Part shown: positions 14,701 through 27,700 of the stretch, piece by piece
Numbering within the stretch: the first letter of the stretch is position 1
Layout: every line of letters starts with the position of its first letter
Assembly (NCBI GenBank): GCA_951406725.2
Contig: OX597824.1
Span: 87,544,001 to 87,608,000, forward strand
Length of the DNA stretch: 64,000 nucleotides
Direction: 5' to 3'
Origin: Octopus vulgaris
Lineage: Eukaryota
Translations under genes and position numbers: made by a program
Notes under the pieces: generated by a model
What the model saw: the letters and a program-made list of their open reading frames with translations, nothing else
Told to the model about the DNA's origin: nothing
The model's database searches: none

Positions 14701-17700
14701 CTTGTAACACCCTAATCAATAGGCTACATGCTTTTACAACATAGATAATAGCCAAGATTTTTCTATAGTTTTGATACATTTCTATTATTAAATTTTAGAT
14801 ATTTTCTGTTGCCAATGTAAAAACTGCGCCTTTGCAATTTAAAAATTACCGGCAAAATTATTTACGCACCTTTTTTTTTTTCCTTTTTCTTTCCAGGAAA
14901 GCAATTAAGTTCTACATGTTGGATATTTGTGTGAATCCTAATCGACTAGACTCTTGGGCCGGAATGAGCCTTGCACGTATGAGTCGGTTAGAGCAAAAGT
15001 TGAATTCGGTAAGTGATTGTCCATGTTTGTCTCGTTAAATTCTTAAATCTCTCCTGAATGTATAAATGTTAGAATGTAATTCTTTTGTTTTCTTCTCTTA
15101 ACTTTACCAGAATGTTTATTTGAAAGACAAAAAATCCTTTAGCATTTAACCCTTTTGTTACTAACCCGGTTGAAACCAGCTCTGTAGTACAAATGTCTTG
15201 TTTTCATAAGTGCTTTTTACATGCCACCAGCACAGGGGCCAGTCAGGCGGTACTGGCCACAGCCACACTCGAATCCTTTTACACATGCCACCAGCACAGG
15301 TGCCAGTAAGGCGACGTTGGTATAGTCACAATTAATGTTCTTAAAACTAGCTTAATGATAACTAAGTTTATTTTACTAAATTCTTTGTTATATTTTAAAT
15401 GATTGAAAGAAACACAGAGCATCTCAAAATAAATACAGCAATGAAAGGGTTAAACGAACCATATCTGGCCCAAATATTTTACTCATTTTACCTTCAAAAA
15501 AGCCAGATTCAGCTTCTCAAAGCTACATGATAATGCATGGTTAAAACATGTGAATAAACAAGCACTACATTTGACAGTAGTCTGAACACTAAAGGGTTAA
15601 TATTTATCCTTTTTAGAATGATTCTTTCTTACTTGAGCAATCCACTTCTGGGATGCTGCCACAGCTTGCATATAGATTCCTGCTGTCTCTGTTTTAAGCC
15701 CTGTAGTCTTCACCATTGGCAGTCAAGTGCATCTTTGCCAAGGACACAGTTCAGTGCCATTCACATGATTTTGTACATTTGTTGGCTTTAGGAAGGGCAT
15801 CCAGCCATAGAAACATTGCCAGATCAGACTAGGCCTGATGCAGCCTTCTGGCTTCCCAGACCCCAGTTGAACTGTCCAACCCATACTAGCATGGAAAGCG
15901 GACGCTAAACGATGATGATGATGATGATGATTGCTTAGAGAAAGAAAGGCAGTGCCATTGTTCTCTTGCAGAGCCTCCAAAATTGGTAGTGATATTACAA
16001 GGAACTACTGCTACCGTACCTGCATTACCTTAAGGTCAAGGGTCTGCTCAGAACGTTTGCAAAAGAGGGGGCTTTTTCAAAGAGATGAAATGATGATGGT
16101 GTTAATCCAGGTTAAGTTTACAAAGTCCATCCTTAAGGCTTCCACACAGTTTTCATTTACTAGTTTTATTCACAAGGCTACTGGATGCTATGCTGAAAGA
16201 CACTTACTCTGGTGCTATGTTATGAGATTGAACCCAAAATTACTATAAAACAATGCTTGTACCTAAATATAAACTGGCTACTTAGCTGCCATTCTGTTGA
16301 CTTGACCATCTCTCCTTCGATAATAGCAATGTGGCTGTTTTTAATGGTTTTGAAAGAAGAAATTATATTCATTTATTTACATTAGACAGATATTTGTCCT
16401 CACCTGGTTTGTTGTATTAGCATAACGCTCAGGAAGTGAAAAAGTTTTTTAACATTTCGAGCCTACGCTCTTCCACAGAAAGAAACAAGGATACACACAC
16501 ACACACACACAGGGTTTTTGTCTACCAAATTCCTTCTCAAAACATTGGCTGGCTTGGGCCTAAAGTAGAAGACACCTAAGGTGCTCAGAGTAGGAACTGA
16601 ACTTGAAATGGTACGATTACAAAGCAAGCTTCTTAACCACACAGCCAAGCCTACACTTATCATATCTCAGAAAGATGTTTATTTTCAGAATATTTTCTTT
16701 TGTCTTGCTCACATCTTTGCTAATGGATTCTTTTTCTCATTTGACATTACAGACTGAACTTCGAATGGACCAGGCAATTTACAAACAAGCCATCGCATCG
16801 CTACGCTGCTTCACGCGGGCCGTGGAGATTGACAGCAACAATGCCAAACTATGGATAGAGTACGGCTCGCTTGCCTACCAGCTGCACTCTCATGCTGCTC
16901 GACAGCTCAAATTGGTGAGACTCTGTTTATCTTATCTATCTTTTGCTTGTTCCGGTTATAGGACTGTGGCCATGCTGGGGCACTGCCTTGAAGAGTTGAG
17001 GCAAACAGATCAACCATGGTACTGTTTTTTTGTTTTTCTCTGATTAAGTCTAGTACCTATTCTATCAGTTTCCTTTCCTAAACATCCAAGCTACAGGAAC
17101 ATAAACAAACCAACACTGGCCGTCAAGTGGTTGGGGAAGGGAAACACCAGCAGAGGTGCCCTCTGCATGACACTGGCACGGTTACTTTCTATGTGGCACC
17201 AGCACCATGTCTTCCACTATAACCACGGGCCAACCAAAGCCTTGTCAGTGGATTTGGTAGATGGAAACTGAAAGAAGCCTGTTGTGTATGTGTATATATA
17301 TATATATATACATATGTATATAGTTGAAATTTACAGAAAAACAAAAAATGAATTCATGTGTATAAACAACAAGCAGGTGTATTAGTCTGATGTTCAGGAA
17401 GGTAAAAATGTCTTTTATGTTTCGAGTCTGCGTTCTTCAACAGAAAGGAACGCAAGGAAATAAACAGAAAGAACAAAAAAAACTTGTGGATTTAGTAGTC
17501 TGTTTGTGTTTGTCCCCACCATTGCCACTTGACAGCCAGTGTTGCTATGTTTATATCCCTGTAACTTAGTGGTTCAGCAAAAAGAGACCAATACAATAAG
17601 TACCAGGCTTTAAAAAAAAAATAAGCTCTGCAATCGACTTGTTTGACCAAAACCATTCTAGCTGGTGCTCCAGCATGGCCGCAGTCAACTGACTGAACAA

Positions 17701-20700
17701 GTAAAAGAAGAAAGAGAACCTTTGTGTGAGAGTAATTGTTTTGTATAACAAAACTTTGTTTTTTTTTTTATATTTTGTTTCTTTTTTTTTGTTTAGATGC
17801 ATTGGTTCCCACTCAATGATGAGATGTACCAGATAGCAACAGCTAGCAACAAGGAAATGCTGCTGATTGCGGCCAACTGTTATAAAAAAGCTAGTGAGTG
17901 TGAAATGGAGGGAGGTCATAGTGAAGAGTGGTTGTATTACTACATGATGGGTAAAGTGTGTGAAAAGATGAGAAAACCTGCCCATGAGTACCTGGAACAC
18001 TATAAAGAGGTAAAAGGCATTACAAACATGTGTGTGTGTCTGTGTGTGTGCCCATGCAGGACATGTCTCTGTGGAATGTCCTGCATTTCACTCCTATATC
18101 CAGTGCAGTAAGATGCAGAGCATTAAGCTATGGTGTATAGGCCAGTATACAGAATACAAACAGTGTAATAGTATGAGTAAAATACAGAAAATGTTTAGTA
18201 TTTTATGCTTTATAAAGCATACATGTTTCATCAAACTCACTGCCAAGATTACATAACTGTTTGTTGAATTTACACAAGTATATATATATATATATATTGA
18301 GCACTTGACACCCATCTTTATATTTTTTGCTAAACACTGAAGAGGTGTATTCATAAGATTATATAATGTTTAATAATTGCGTAATCCTGGCACTTAATCT
18401 GGTGAAACTCGTGTATGTTTTATAAAGCATATGTATGCTACCATTTTAACCTCATAACAGCTGTAAGGATAAGGTACTGTGTGTGTAGCTGAGCAACTAT
18501 TAACTTTTTACAAAGCTCAGGTGAAATGCACAATGAATGCACACATAATCCTAGCTCCTCTCTCAGCTACCTATTTAATATTTCAACTGATATCTATTCC
18601 TGTTTCAATTCCAGGCTGCTCATCACCTTCATGAAGATTTTGCTGCATATCCTAAGAAGATAAATTATGTGGTTAGCCCACCTCATCTAGCTGTGGAATC
18701 ACTTGAAGTACGTTGAAGTACATTTACATTTCCTCATGTTTGTTTTTATACACACAATGTTGCTGAATTATCTTTTTTTATTTTGGTCAAGTCATAACAG
18801 TTTTTTGTTTAACATTATTATCCAAATTTTAGTATATATGAATCTGGGTGGGTAATTTTCTATTGAGAAATAGCAAATAGCTTTTGTTTTATTTAACACT
18901 TAAAACAAGTGAGGTGTTGAACTTATAAAGCTAGATCCTATAAAATGTTTCATGTTTTAAATTTCGCAACATTCTTTAAAATCACTTTACCATTGCAATT
19001 TTCTCTGATGTTAAATTCACGTATGAATCATCTGTCAGTAAGATGATTATTATTCTTTTGTGTCTGGGGAGAATCATTCTCTTTTTGTGCCTTATAATGT
19101 AACACACTCACGGTAAAATTTCCACATTTTTCTTATTTTTATTTTCCTAAAATTTTCGTTGCGTCTTGCAACCTTTTCAGTAGTCTTAACTCTGTCCATT
19201 ATTATTCTATTTCACTTTTATTTCCAAATGTGGTTCATTAATTTTATTGTATTTTTTCTTAATAACTTCTTTTCTCTTCTCTTTTGCTGTATCAGTTATT
19301 CTATCGACAACATGTTGCCATATTAAAAGAACTGCTTTTCAAGAGCGCTGAAGAACTTGATTTAGATTATTTTGAACAATACATGATAGAGGTTGCCAAT
19401 GGACCATTTGCTAATCAAAGAGAGAAAAGACATCAGCGTCGAGAAAAGTAAGCATCTCTTTGTTTTGACTACAAAATCTTGGTATTTCATATTTAAGTTA
19501 TGAAGTTGAATAGTTGAGGAAAATTAATATTACATTTGAAGTGTTTAAGAGAGACTAGAAAGAATTAGAGAAGCTAAAAGCTGAACCAAGCAAGCGATTA
19601 AGTAACCATTGTCATAGCTCTATTACACAGAGATGATTAGTACAATAACATTTGGGAGTGACTTGTTTAGAAAGGATATGGCCTGGTCAGCCTGTAATGA
19701 TATGCATATGGTCTGGTCACCAAATCTAAGTAGAGATTTCAAACTCATGAAAACAAGACATTTGTACTCAGAGCCAGAGCCGGTTTCAGCTGGGTTGGTA
19801 ACAAAAGGGTTAAGATAATAAAATGTTATACGTACTTGAAATATTAGGTTCTGAAACCACTACTCTTCCCAGTGAAGACAAAGAGAGCAACAAAAGAATT
19901 TGGAATCTAATATTTGTTAGTGATATTATCATGACATTTGCGTTTATTTTAATAATAATTGGTTTGTTTACTTTTTATTTTTGTAGCAAAGACTCGAATA
20001 CAAATAATGAAGAAAGTTCTTGTCAAACGCAGTCTTTGTCCAACAACACAAATAGTACTACACGTGGAGCAGCCAATCCTGGGACTTGCCCGTCTTCAAT
20101 TGGAAGCTCTACGGTCTCAACCAATGTTGGAGCAGTTACAACTTCTACGTCGTCGTCACGTTCAAACCAAGACCATAATTATTTCCGACAGAAAAGCAAC
20201 GATAGTTCAAGTCTTTCCGCTTTGTCTGACGAGTTGGGAAATACATCAAACAAAGTTAAGATGGTTGAAAGCCTACCCACAAAAACTTCTCCAAAGATTA
20301 GCCAAGCAAAATCCGATTGTAAAAGCACCTTATCATCAGTGGCACCAAAAGAGGTTGCCACTATCAAAGATTTGGACCTGCCCCCTCGTTTATCAAAAGT
20401 AGATCTCAGTCAGCCCATATTTGGTCTTGAGGACCAGTTTACCACAACGATAGGTGAAGATTATTTAGATGCTGCTATAGATACTGATGCAATGACAAGT
20501 CAAGCGCTTGATTCTCTTAATGCACTTTTAGAAGCTGAAAACTTTGATAAACCCAACGATCCACTCAGAATTGATTTTGACCCTGTTGGCCACTCGGAAG
20601 GAGAACAGCCGAGCAAGGAGTCATCAGACGTTTGTCAAAATAATTCTAACAAGCTAGCTAGCTCTGGTGCTGAGTTACCTCATAATGTGTCTTCTGAGAA

Positions 20701-23392
20701 CAGCTCAGTGAACATCAACTCTAAACACAGTGACGTATCAAAACAAGAGACTGGTAAATCATTGTGTTCAGGGGATGGTCACAGTGAAGTTGGTACCAAG
20801 ACCGGTACCGAAACATCATCAGCCAATAACTCAGATCATGGACCTGTTGATGATAAGAGATCTAAAACTGAAAAACACAAAAAACTGTTAAACATGGTCA
20901 TTTCAGCCTTACACATCTGCCTCACTCGCTTCCCTACACATTATAAAGCTCTCTATAGACTTGCTCATCTTCACTTCTACTCACCATTTAACAAGGTATG
21001 TCTTATACATATTTTTTTCTCCTGCAATTTAATGAAAATAGAAAGAAACATTTCGTTTTTGGATTTGGTTTGCAAGATTCTTTATATGAATTCGTGTGTT
21101 GAAGCATATTCTGTTGTGTCTGGGGAGAGTCATTTTCTTTTTGTGCCTTATAATTTAACACACTCACCGTAAAATTTCCACTTATTTCTTATTTTTATTT
21201 TCCTAATATTTTCGTTGCATCTTGCAACCTTTGAAAAGGTTGCAAAACGCAATGAAAATTTTAGGAAAATAATAAAAAATAAGTGGAAATTTTACCGGTG
21301 AGTGTGTTAAATTACAAGGCACAAAAAGAAAATGACTCTCCCCAGACACAACATAAACAAACGTGTATGTTGTTATCTTACAGAATTATTAACATTTAAA
21401 ATTTTTCAACCTAATGGAAAGGGTGTGTGTGTGTGTGTGTAGAAACATGGCAGTGTGGTTCCAGGTTCAACCTCAGGCTGACGAAGAGCCTTGTAAGTGG
21501 ATTTGGTTGACAGAAAATGAAAGAAACTTAACATAAATATATGCATGGGCATATGTGTATTACTGTTACTGACTCCTGGCTTTGATATTGCATTTTTTTT
21601 TTTTTTAATTATGAGAGTCGTAAATGAGTGTCACTGTCATACAAGCGGTGTCCTTAGTTTCCAATCATCTTTGAAAAACATCTGGTCATAGGAAAATATT
21701 ACCCAGCTTGCAAGCCTGTGAGGGTTGATGGCAGGAAAGGTATTTGGCTGAGGCGAATCCACTTCACTAAGATTCTGTCTGACCTATGCAAGCATGGAAA
21801 AGTGGCTGTTGAAGCAATGATGAGGATTGTGTGTGTGCACACACGTGTGTTCATGTGTGTATGTGTGTGTGCGTGCACGTGTGTATCTGTTTTTAAAAGT
21901 TTGATGTAAATTCTTTTAAGTGTTCTTGGTTTTTTTTATATTTGTATTTGTTTTGCGTATGTGACTTATGGAGAATTGTGATTTCTTGCAAAATTTCTGA
22001 AACCATTTGAAATTTAACGAGCATAATGTTAATAATGTAAATAAACAGGTGATTGAATGTTATAATGTCAGTAATTGCTGACCCATTCAGTATTTACACA
22101 AATAACTTTATTCAGTGGAAAGATGGTTTGTCGTAGTACTTTAGCTGCGAAATCTTACTTTGACCAGGACAAGTTTTTGACCAGTTCAGACACTTACAGA
22201 TTTTTGAATAAGCTTGCAGACATCACAACCATGGAATATATCAAAGCAAGTGATTGTTACTGAGTAACTGATGCAATTCCTGTGTGCATGGTGCCGGAAT
22301 GGGAAAGGTGACATTCTGCTTTCTCCAGAGTGACTGGTGAGCTAGTGGAGGTATATGGTTTAGTGGTTATTATGTTGGACTCGCAATCGCAAGATTGAGG
22401 TGGTGAGCTGGCAGAAACGTTAGCATGCCAGGCGAAATGCTTAGCGGTATTTCATCTGTCGTTACGTTCTGAGTTCAAATTCCACCAAGGTCATCTTTGC
22501 CTTTCATCCTTTCAGAGTCGATAAATTAAGTACCAGTTATGCGCTGGGGTCAATGTAATCGACTTAATCCCTTTGTCTGTCCTTGTTTGTCCCCTCAATG
22601 TTTAGTCCCCTGTGGGATTATAAAGAAATAAATATACGTGGTCACAATTCCATTTTATTAATAACTTCCAATTTGCCTCAGTTCCTATATTTCCAGCACA
22701 CATGTACAGAACCAAATATATTCAGTTCCCATACTGTAAGGCTTAATATACTTTCTTTAATCAAAAAAAAAAGAAAAGAATAATAAGAATAATAATAATA
22801 AAGGTTGACCTAATTTTAAATTTTGCCATCAGATCTACAGCATCTAAAAATACTGGCAAACTATGTTTGCCAAATATTAATTTTCAAAATCTTTCAAATT
22901 GAAATTTCTGTTTGATTTCAGAATATTAACTACACACGTGATATCTTGCTTGGGGTTCCATCTTGGACCCAACTTGATCACCTACCTGCTCCAGGTCTTT
23001 TTACAGATCGCAAACATTCCAACTTTTTCCAGGTTTGTATACAATTTCTTGTCTAAAATGACTTTACAGTATCTCACGTTTTCTGTTATTTGAGATAATC
23101 CGATTTGAAATTTTCAGCATGGTATTATCATGGCACATTTTATTATCTCAGATAAGTACAGGCATGGCTATGCGGTTAAGAAGCTAGCTTCCCGTCCATG
23201 GTGTCTTGGGTTCAGTCCCACTATGTGGCATCTTGGACAAATGTCTTGTATTATGGCCTTGTGAGTGGATTTGGTAGACAAAATCTGAAAGAAAACCACT
23301 GTGTGTGTTTGTGTGTGTGTATGTATGTATATATATATGTGTTTGTGTGTATATATATATTTGTGTGTGTATATGTGTGTTTGTGTGTATAT

Positions 23393-23424
<32 letters not shown>

Positions 23425-24658
23425 GTGTGTGTGTATGTGTTAGTGTGTGTATATATATGTGTTTGTGTGTGTGTATATATATATATGTGTATGTGTTTGT
23501 GTGTATCCTTGCCTAGACATCTCGTGACGGTTGTAAATGGGTATCATCGTCATAGAAACGATGTTGTTTGTTTCCAGTCCTCCAGGAAAAGCATGTCTAA
23601 CTCTGGGGAAAAAATTATCTTGCTTGGAAACAGGTAAGGGTTAGACATAGGAAGGGCATCCTGCCATAGAAAACATCCGTTAATAGATTCCACTTGACCC
23701 ATCCAAGCATGAAAAAGTGGACATTACAATCATGATGATGATGTACCAACATTTTCATTTCCTTTCTTGTTTCAGCTTTTAAAATACATCCCTATGAATT
23801 TATATTCTCTTGCATTTTATAAGGGGCTGAAAGTTAAATATCTACATTATTTACATTTGTCGGATATTTGTCCTCATCCTATTTGTTGTTAGCTCATTTC
23901 GGCTGATATACCTTCCAGCCTTCATCAGGTGTCTTAGGGAAATTTTGAACCTGGGTTCTCATTCCTAAGGCACCAGCACCCACCTGGGCCATCACAAGGT
24001 CCACGGGGATCGAGAGGGAGAGGCGTTAGCACCCACTTTGGGAACCTATGATCTAGATAAAGTTTAATTTTTGTTTCTTTGTTTCAGAAAATTTAATGGC
24101 AATTGTTTCCTTTTTTTTTTTTCCTTAGGGTGTGTGGCGTATTCCAGTTGAAGAGGTAGACCGTTCTGGTAGTTTCGCTTCACACATGAACCGTTCTGTC
24201 AAGTTGCTGTTGGAAGTTCTGCGAGTTCAGTGTGATAACTCGATGCTCTTCCAGCTTCACATTCAGTTAAATCGCACACCGGATGCTGGCAGGTCAGATA
24301 AACTTTCAAACTTTTATGCATTTTGCTGTCTTTATTATTTCCACCTTTTTCTTTCTTTTTTTTTTCTTTTACTTCTTTCGGTCATTTGACTGCGACCGTG
24401 CTGGAGCACTGCCTTTAGTTGAGCAAACCAACCCCATGATTTATTCTTTTATTTAACTTGTTTCAGTCATTTGACTGCAGCCATGCTGGAGCACTGCTTT
24501 TAGTCGAGCAAATCGACCCCAGGACTTGTTCTTTGTGAGCGTAGTACTTATTCTATCGGCCTCTTTTGCCGAACTGCTAAGTCACGGGGATATAAACACA
24601 CCAGCATCGGTTGTCAAGCGATGTTGGGGGACAAACAAGACACGCAAACATATACATA

Positions 24659-24702
<44 letters not shown>

Positions 24703-27700
24703 TACGACAGGCTTCTTTCAGTTTCCATCTACCAAATCCACTCACAAGGCTTTGGTCGGCCCGAGGCTATAGTAGAAGACACTTGCCCAAGTTGCCACGC
24801 AGCAGGACTGAACCTGGAACCATGTGGTTGGTAAACAAGCTACTTACCACACAGCCACTCCTGTGCCTATATATTCTTCTATTTGTTTCAGTCATTTGAC
24901 TGTGGCCATGTTGGAACACCGCCTTTAGTCGAGTAAATCAACCCCAGGACTTATTCTTTGGAAGCCTAGTACTTATTCTATCAGTCGCTTTTGCCAAACT
25001 GCTAAGTTACGGGGACGTAAACACACCAGCATCAGTTGTCAAGCAATGTTGGGGGACAAGCACAAACATACACGCATGCATATACATATGTATGCGACAG
25101 GCTTCTTTCAGTTTCTGTCTACCAAATCCACTCACAAGGCTATGGTCGGCCGGAGGCTATAGTAGAAGACACTTGCCCAAGGTGCCATGCAGTGGGACTG
25201 AACCCGGAACCATGTGGTTGGTAAGCAAGCTACTTACCACACAGCCACTCCTGTGCCTATCTAAAAATTCAAATAACTTTTTAACCGAATAGGTTGTTAG
25301 CTTTTGATCTTAAATCAGCTTCGTTATTTTTTTTTTAATTTCTTTATTTTTTTAAAAACCCTGATTGCATTTACACTTCATTGATTACACATTTAGATCA
25401 CTTTCCAAATTGATAAATTATATATCCATTATATGCAGTTGGGGCAGTATTTGATTAAAATAGCCATCTGTATTTATTATTGATAGCATGAAAAAGAGCT
25501 GATTTATCTGACCATTTCCTTTTCTCAAATCATGAGCAATTTTAACTTTTCACAGTATCATAGTGAGCGGTATCATGGCCAATCATCATCATCCTCCAGT
25601 GTTTTAAATCTGGGTTTTGACCATGTTTATGGGGGTGGCCAGATCTACCTCCTATATCATACTAAATGTACATACACTGTTGGTAGGCCAGTTACTGCAG
25701 TATTTGTCCAGAGATAACATCTCTTAAGGACTTGCTGTGTGTAAAATGAAATAAATAGTGGGGAGAGACAAAAATTCATCCCAGTAGAGGCCAGCAAGAA
25801 TACCAGCTGCATTTCAAGCCATACCTGCCATAGTAAATACTCAAAGAGCTGAAATGTATCTGCATTCTCTCTGGTTTCTTATTTCCTTATTGCCCACAAG
25901 GGGCTAAACATAGAAGGGACAAACAAGGACAGAAAAAGAGATTAAGTCGATTACATTGGCCACAGTGCATAACTGGTACTTAATTTATCGACCCTGAAAG
26001 GATGAAAGGCAAAGTCGACCTCGGCAAAATTTGAACTCAGAATGTAACGGCAGACGAAATACCTATTTCTTTACTACCAACAAGGGGCTAAACATAGAGG
26101 GGACAAACAAGGACAGAAAAAGAGATTAAGTCGATTACATTGGCCACAGTGCATAACTGGTACTTAATTTATCGACCCTGAAAGGATGAAAGGCAAAGTC
26201 GGCCTCGGCGGAATTTGAACTCAGAAAGTAACGGCAGACGAAATACCTATTTCTTTACTACCCACAAGGGGCTAAACACAGAAGGGACAAACAAGGACAG
26301 ACAAACGAATTAAGTTGATTATATCGACTCCAGTGTGTAACTGGTACTTAATTTATCGACCCCGAAAGGATGAACGGCAAAGTCGACCTCGGCGAAATTT
26401 GAACTCAGAACATAGCTGCAGAAGAAATACCGATAAGCATAACGTTTCTGCCAGCTCTCACTGGTTTCTACTAGGATGAATTTTCATCTATCACTGATAT
26501 TTATAGTGTTTTTAACAAAGCATGTCCATAATAGATGTTATCTCAGGATAAATACCCCAGTAATTGACCTATCAACAGAGTATATACATTAAGTATGATA
26601 CATAGATGTCTGGTTTTTTTTTTGGGTTTTTTTTTTTACAAGGGAAGAGTCACAAAAAGACAAATTAATATTTTTATGACAGTAATCTGTTTCAATGATA
26701 TTTTACCAGTTCTCTTAAAGGTGTATGGTGTGAGGAGCAGCTGGAAAGTATTGTTGGTCAACTGTTTTCCATGTGTCTGGTTAAAGTTACTGATTTATCA
26801 CAGTATTACAACGATCAATGAAGATAATTTCTGTTTACCAAAACTTCTCCAATTTCAGGAAATACCTCCGTGATGCTGAGCGTGTCTGTTTGTCCCAGTT
26901 GGCCTATGAGTATGCTCTTGACACTGTAGAATTACAACTAGAAGATGTGCTGGAGAGCGATACTGAACGGCAGATTAAATTTCTCTTGGAAGTCTACAAA
27001 ATTTGGTGTCATGGCGTCAATAAAGTATACTTGCATGTGGAGAGAACTAACGATATTTTCCTTGATGTGTTCCGTGTCATTATGAAGAATGCGGTTGGTA
27101 TTCTAGATATTATAGCCTTTTCTTTTTTATATTTCTTTTACTCTTTTACTTGTTTCAGTCATTTGACTGTGGCCATGCTGGAGCACTGCCTTTAGTTGAG
27201 CAAATCGACCCCTGGACTTATTCTTTGTAAGCCTAGTACTTATTCTGTCGGTCTCTTTTGCCGAACCGCTAAGTTTCAGGGATGTAAACGCACCAGCATT
27301 GGTTGTCAAACAATGTTCGGGGGACCAACACAGACACACAAACATACATACACATATATATATATATATACATATACCGCTGAGTTACGGGGACGTAAAC
27401 ACACCAGCATCGGTTGTCAAATGATGTTGGGGGGACACACAGACACACAAACATACACACATATACATATATATATGACAGGCTTCTTTCAGTTTCTATC
27501 TACCAAATCCACTCACAAGGCTTTGGTTGGCCCGAAGCTATAATAGTTTGGTTGACCCAAGGCTATAGTAGAAGACACTTGCCCAAGGTCCCACGCAGTG
27601 GGACTGAACCCGGAACCATGTGATTCGTAAGCAAGCTACTTACCACACAGCCACTCCTACGCCTATCTATCAATTTAAGCCCAAAAATTAGATTCAAGTT

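Noticed and set aside
19823-21172. 449-aa ORF as a standalone membrane protein
   Set aside because: Only 19987-20995 is exonic; the hydrophobic N-terminus is the intron pyrimidine tract.
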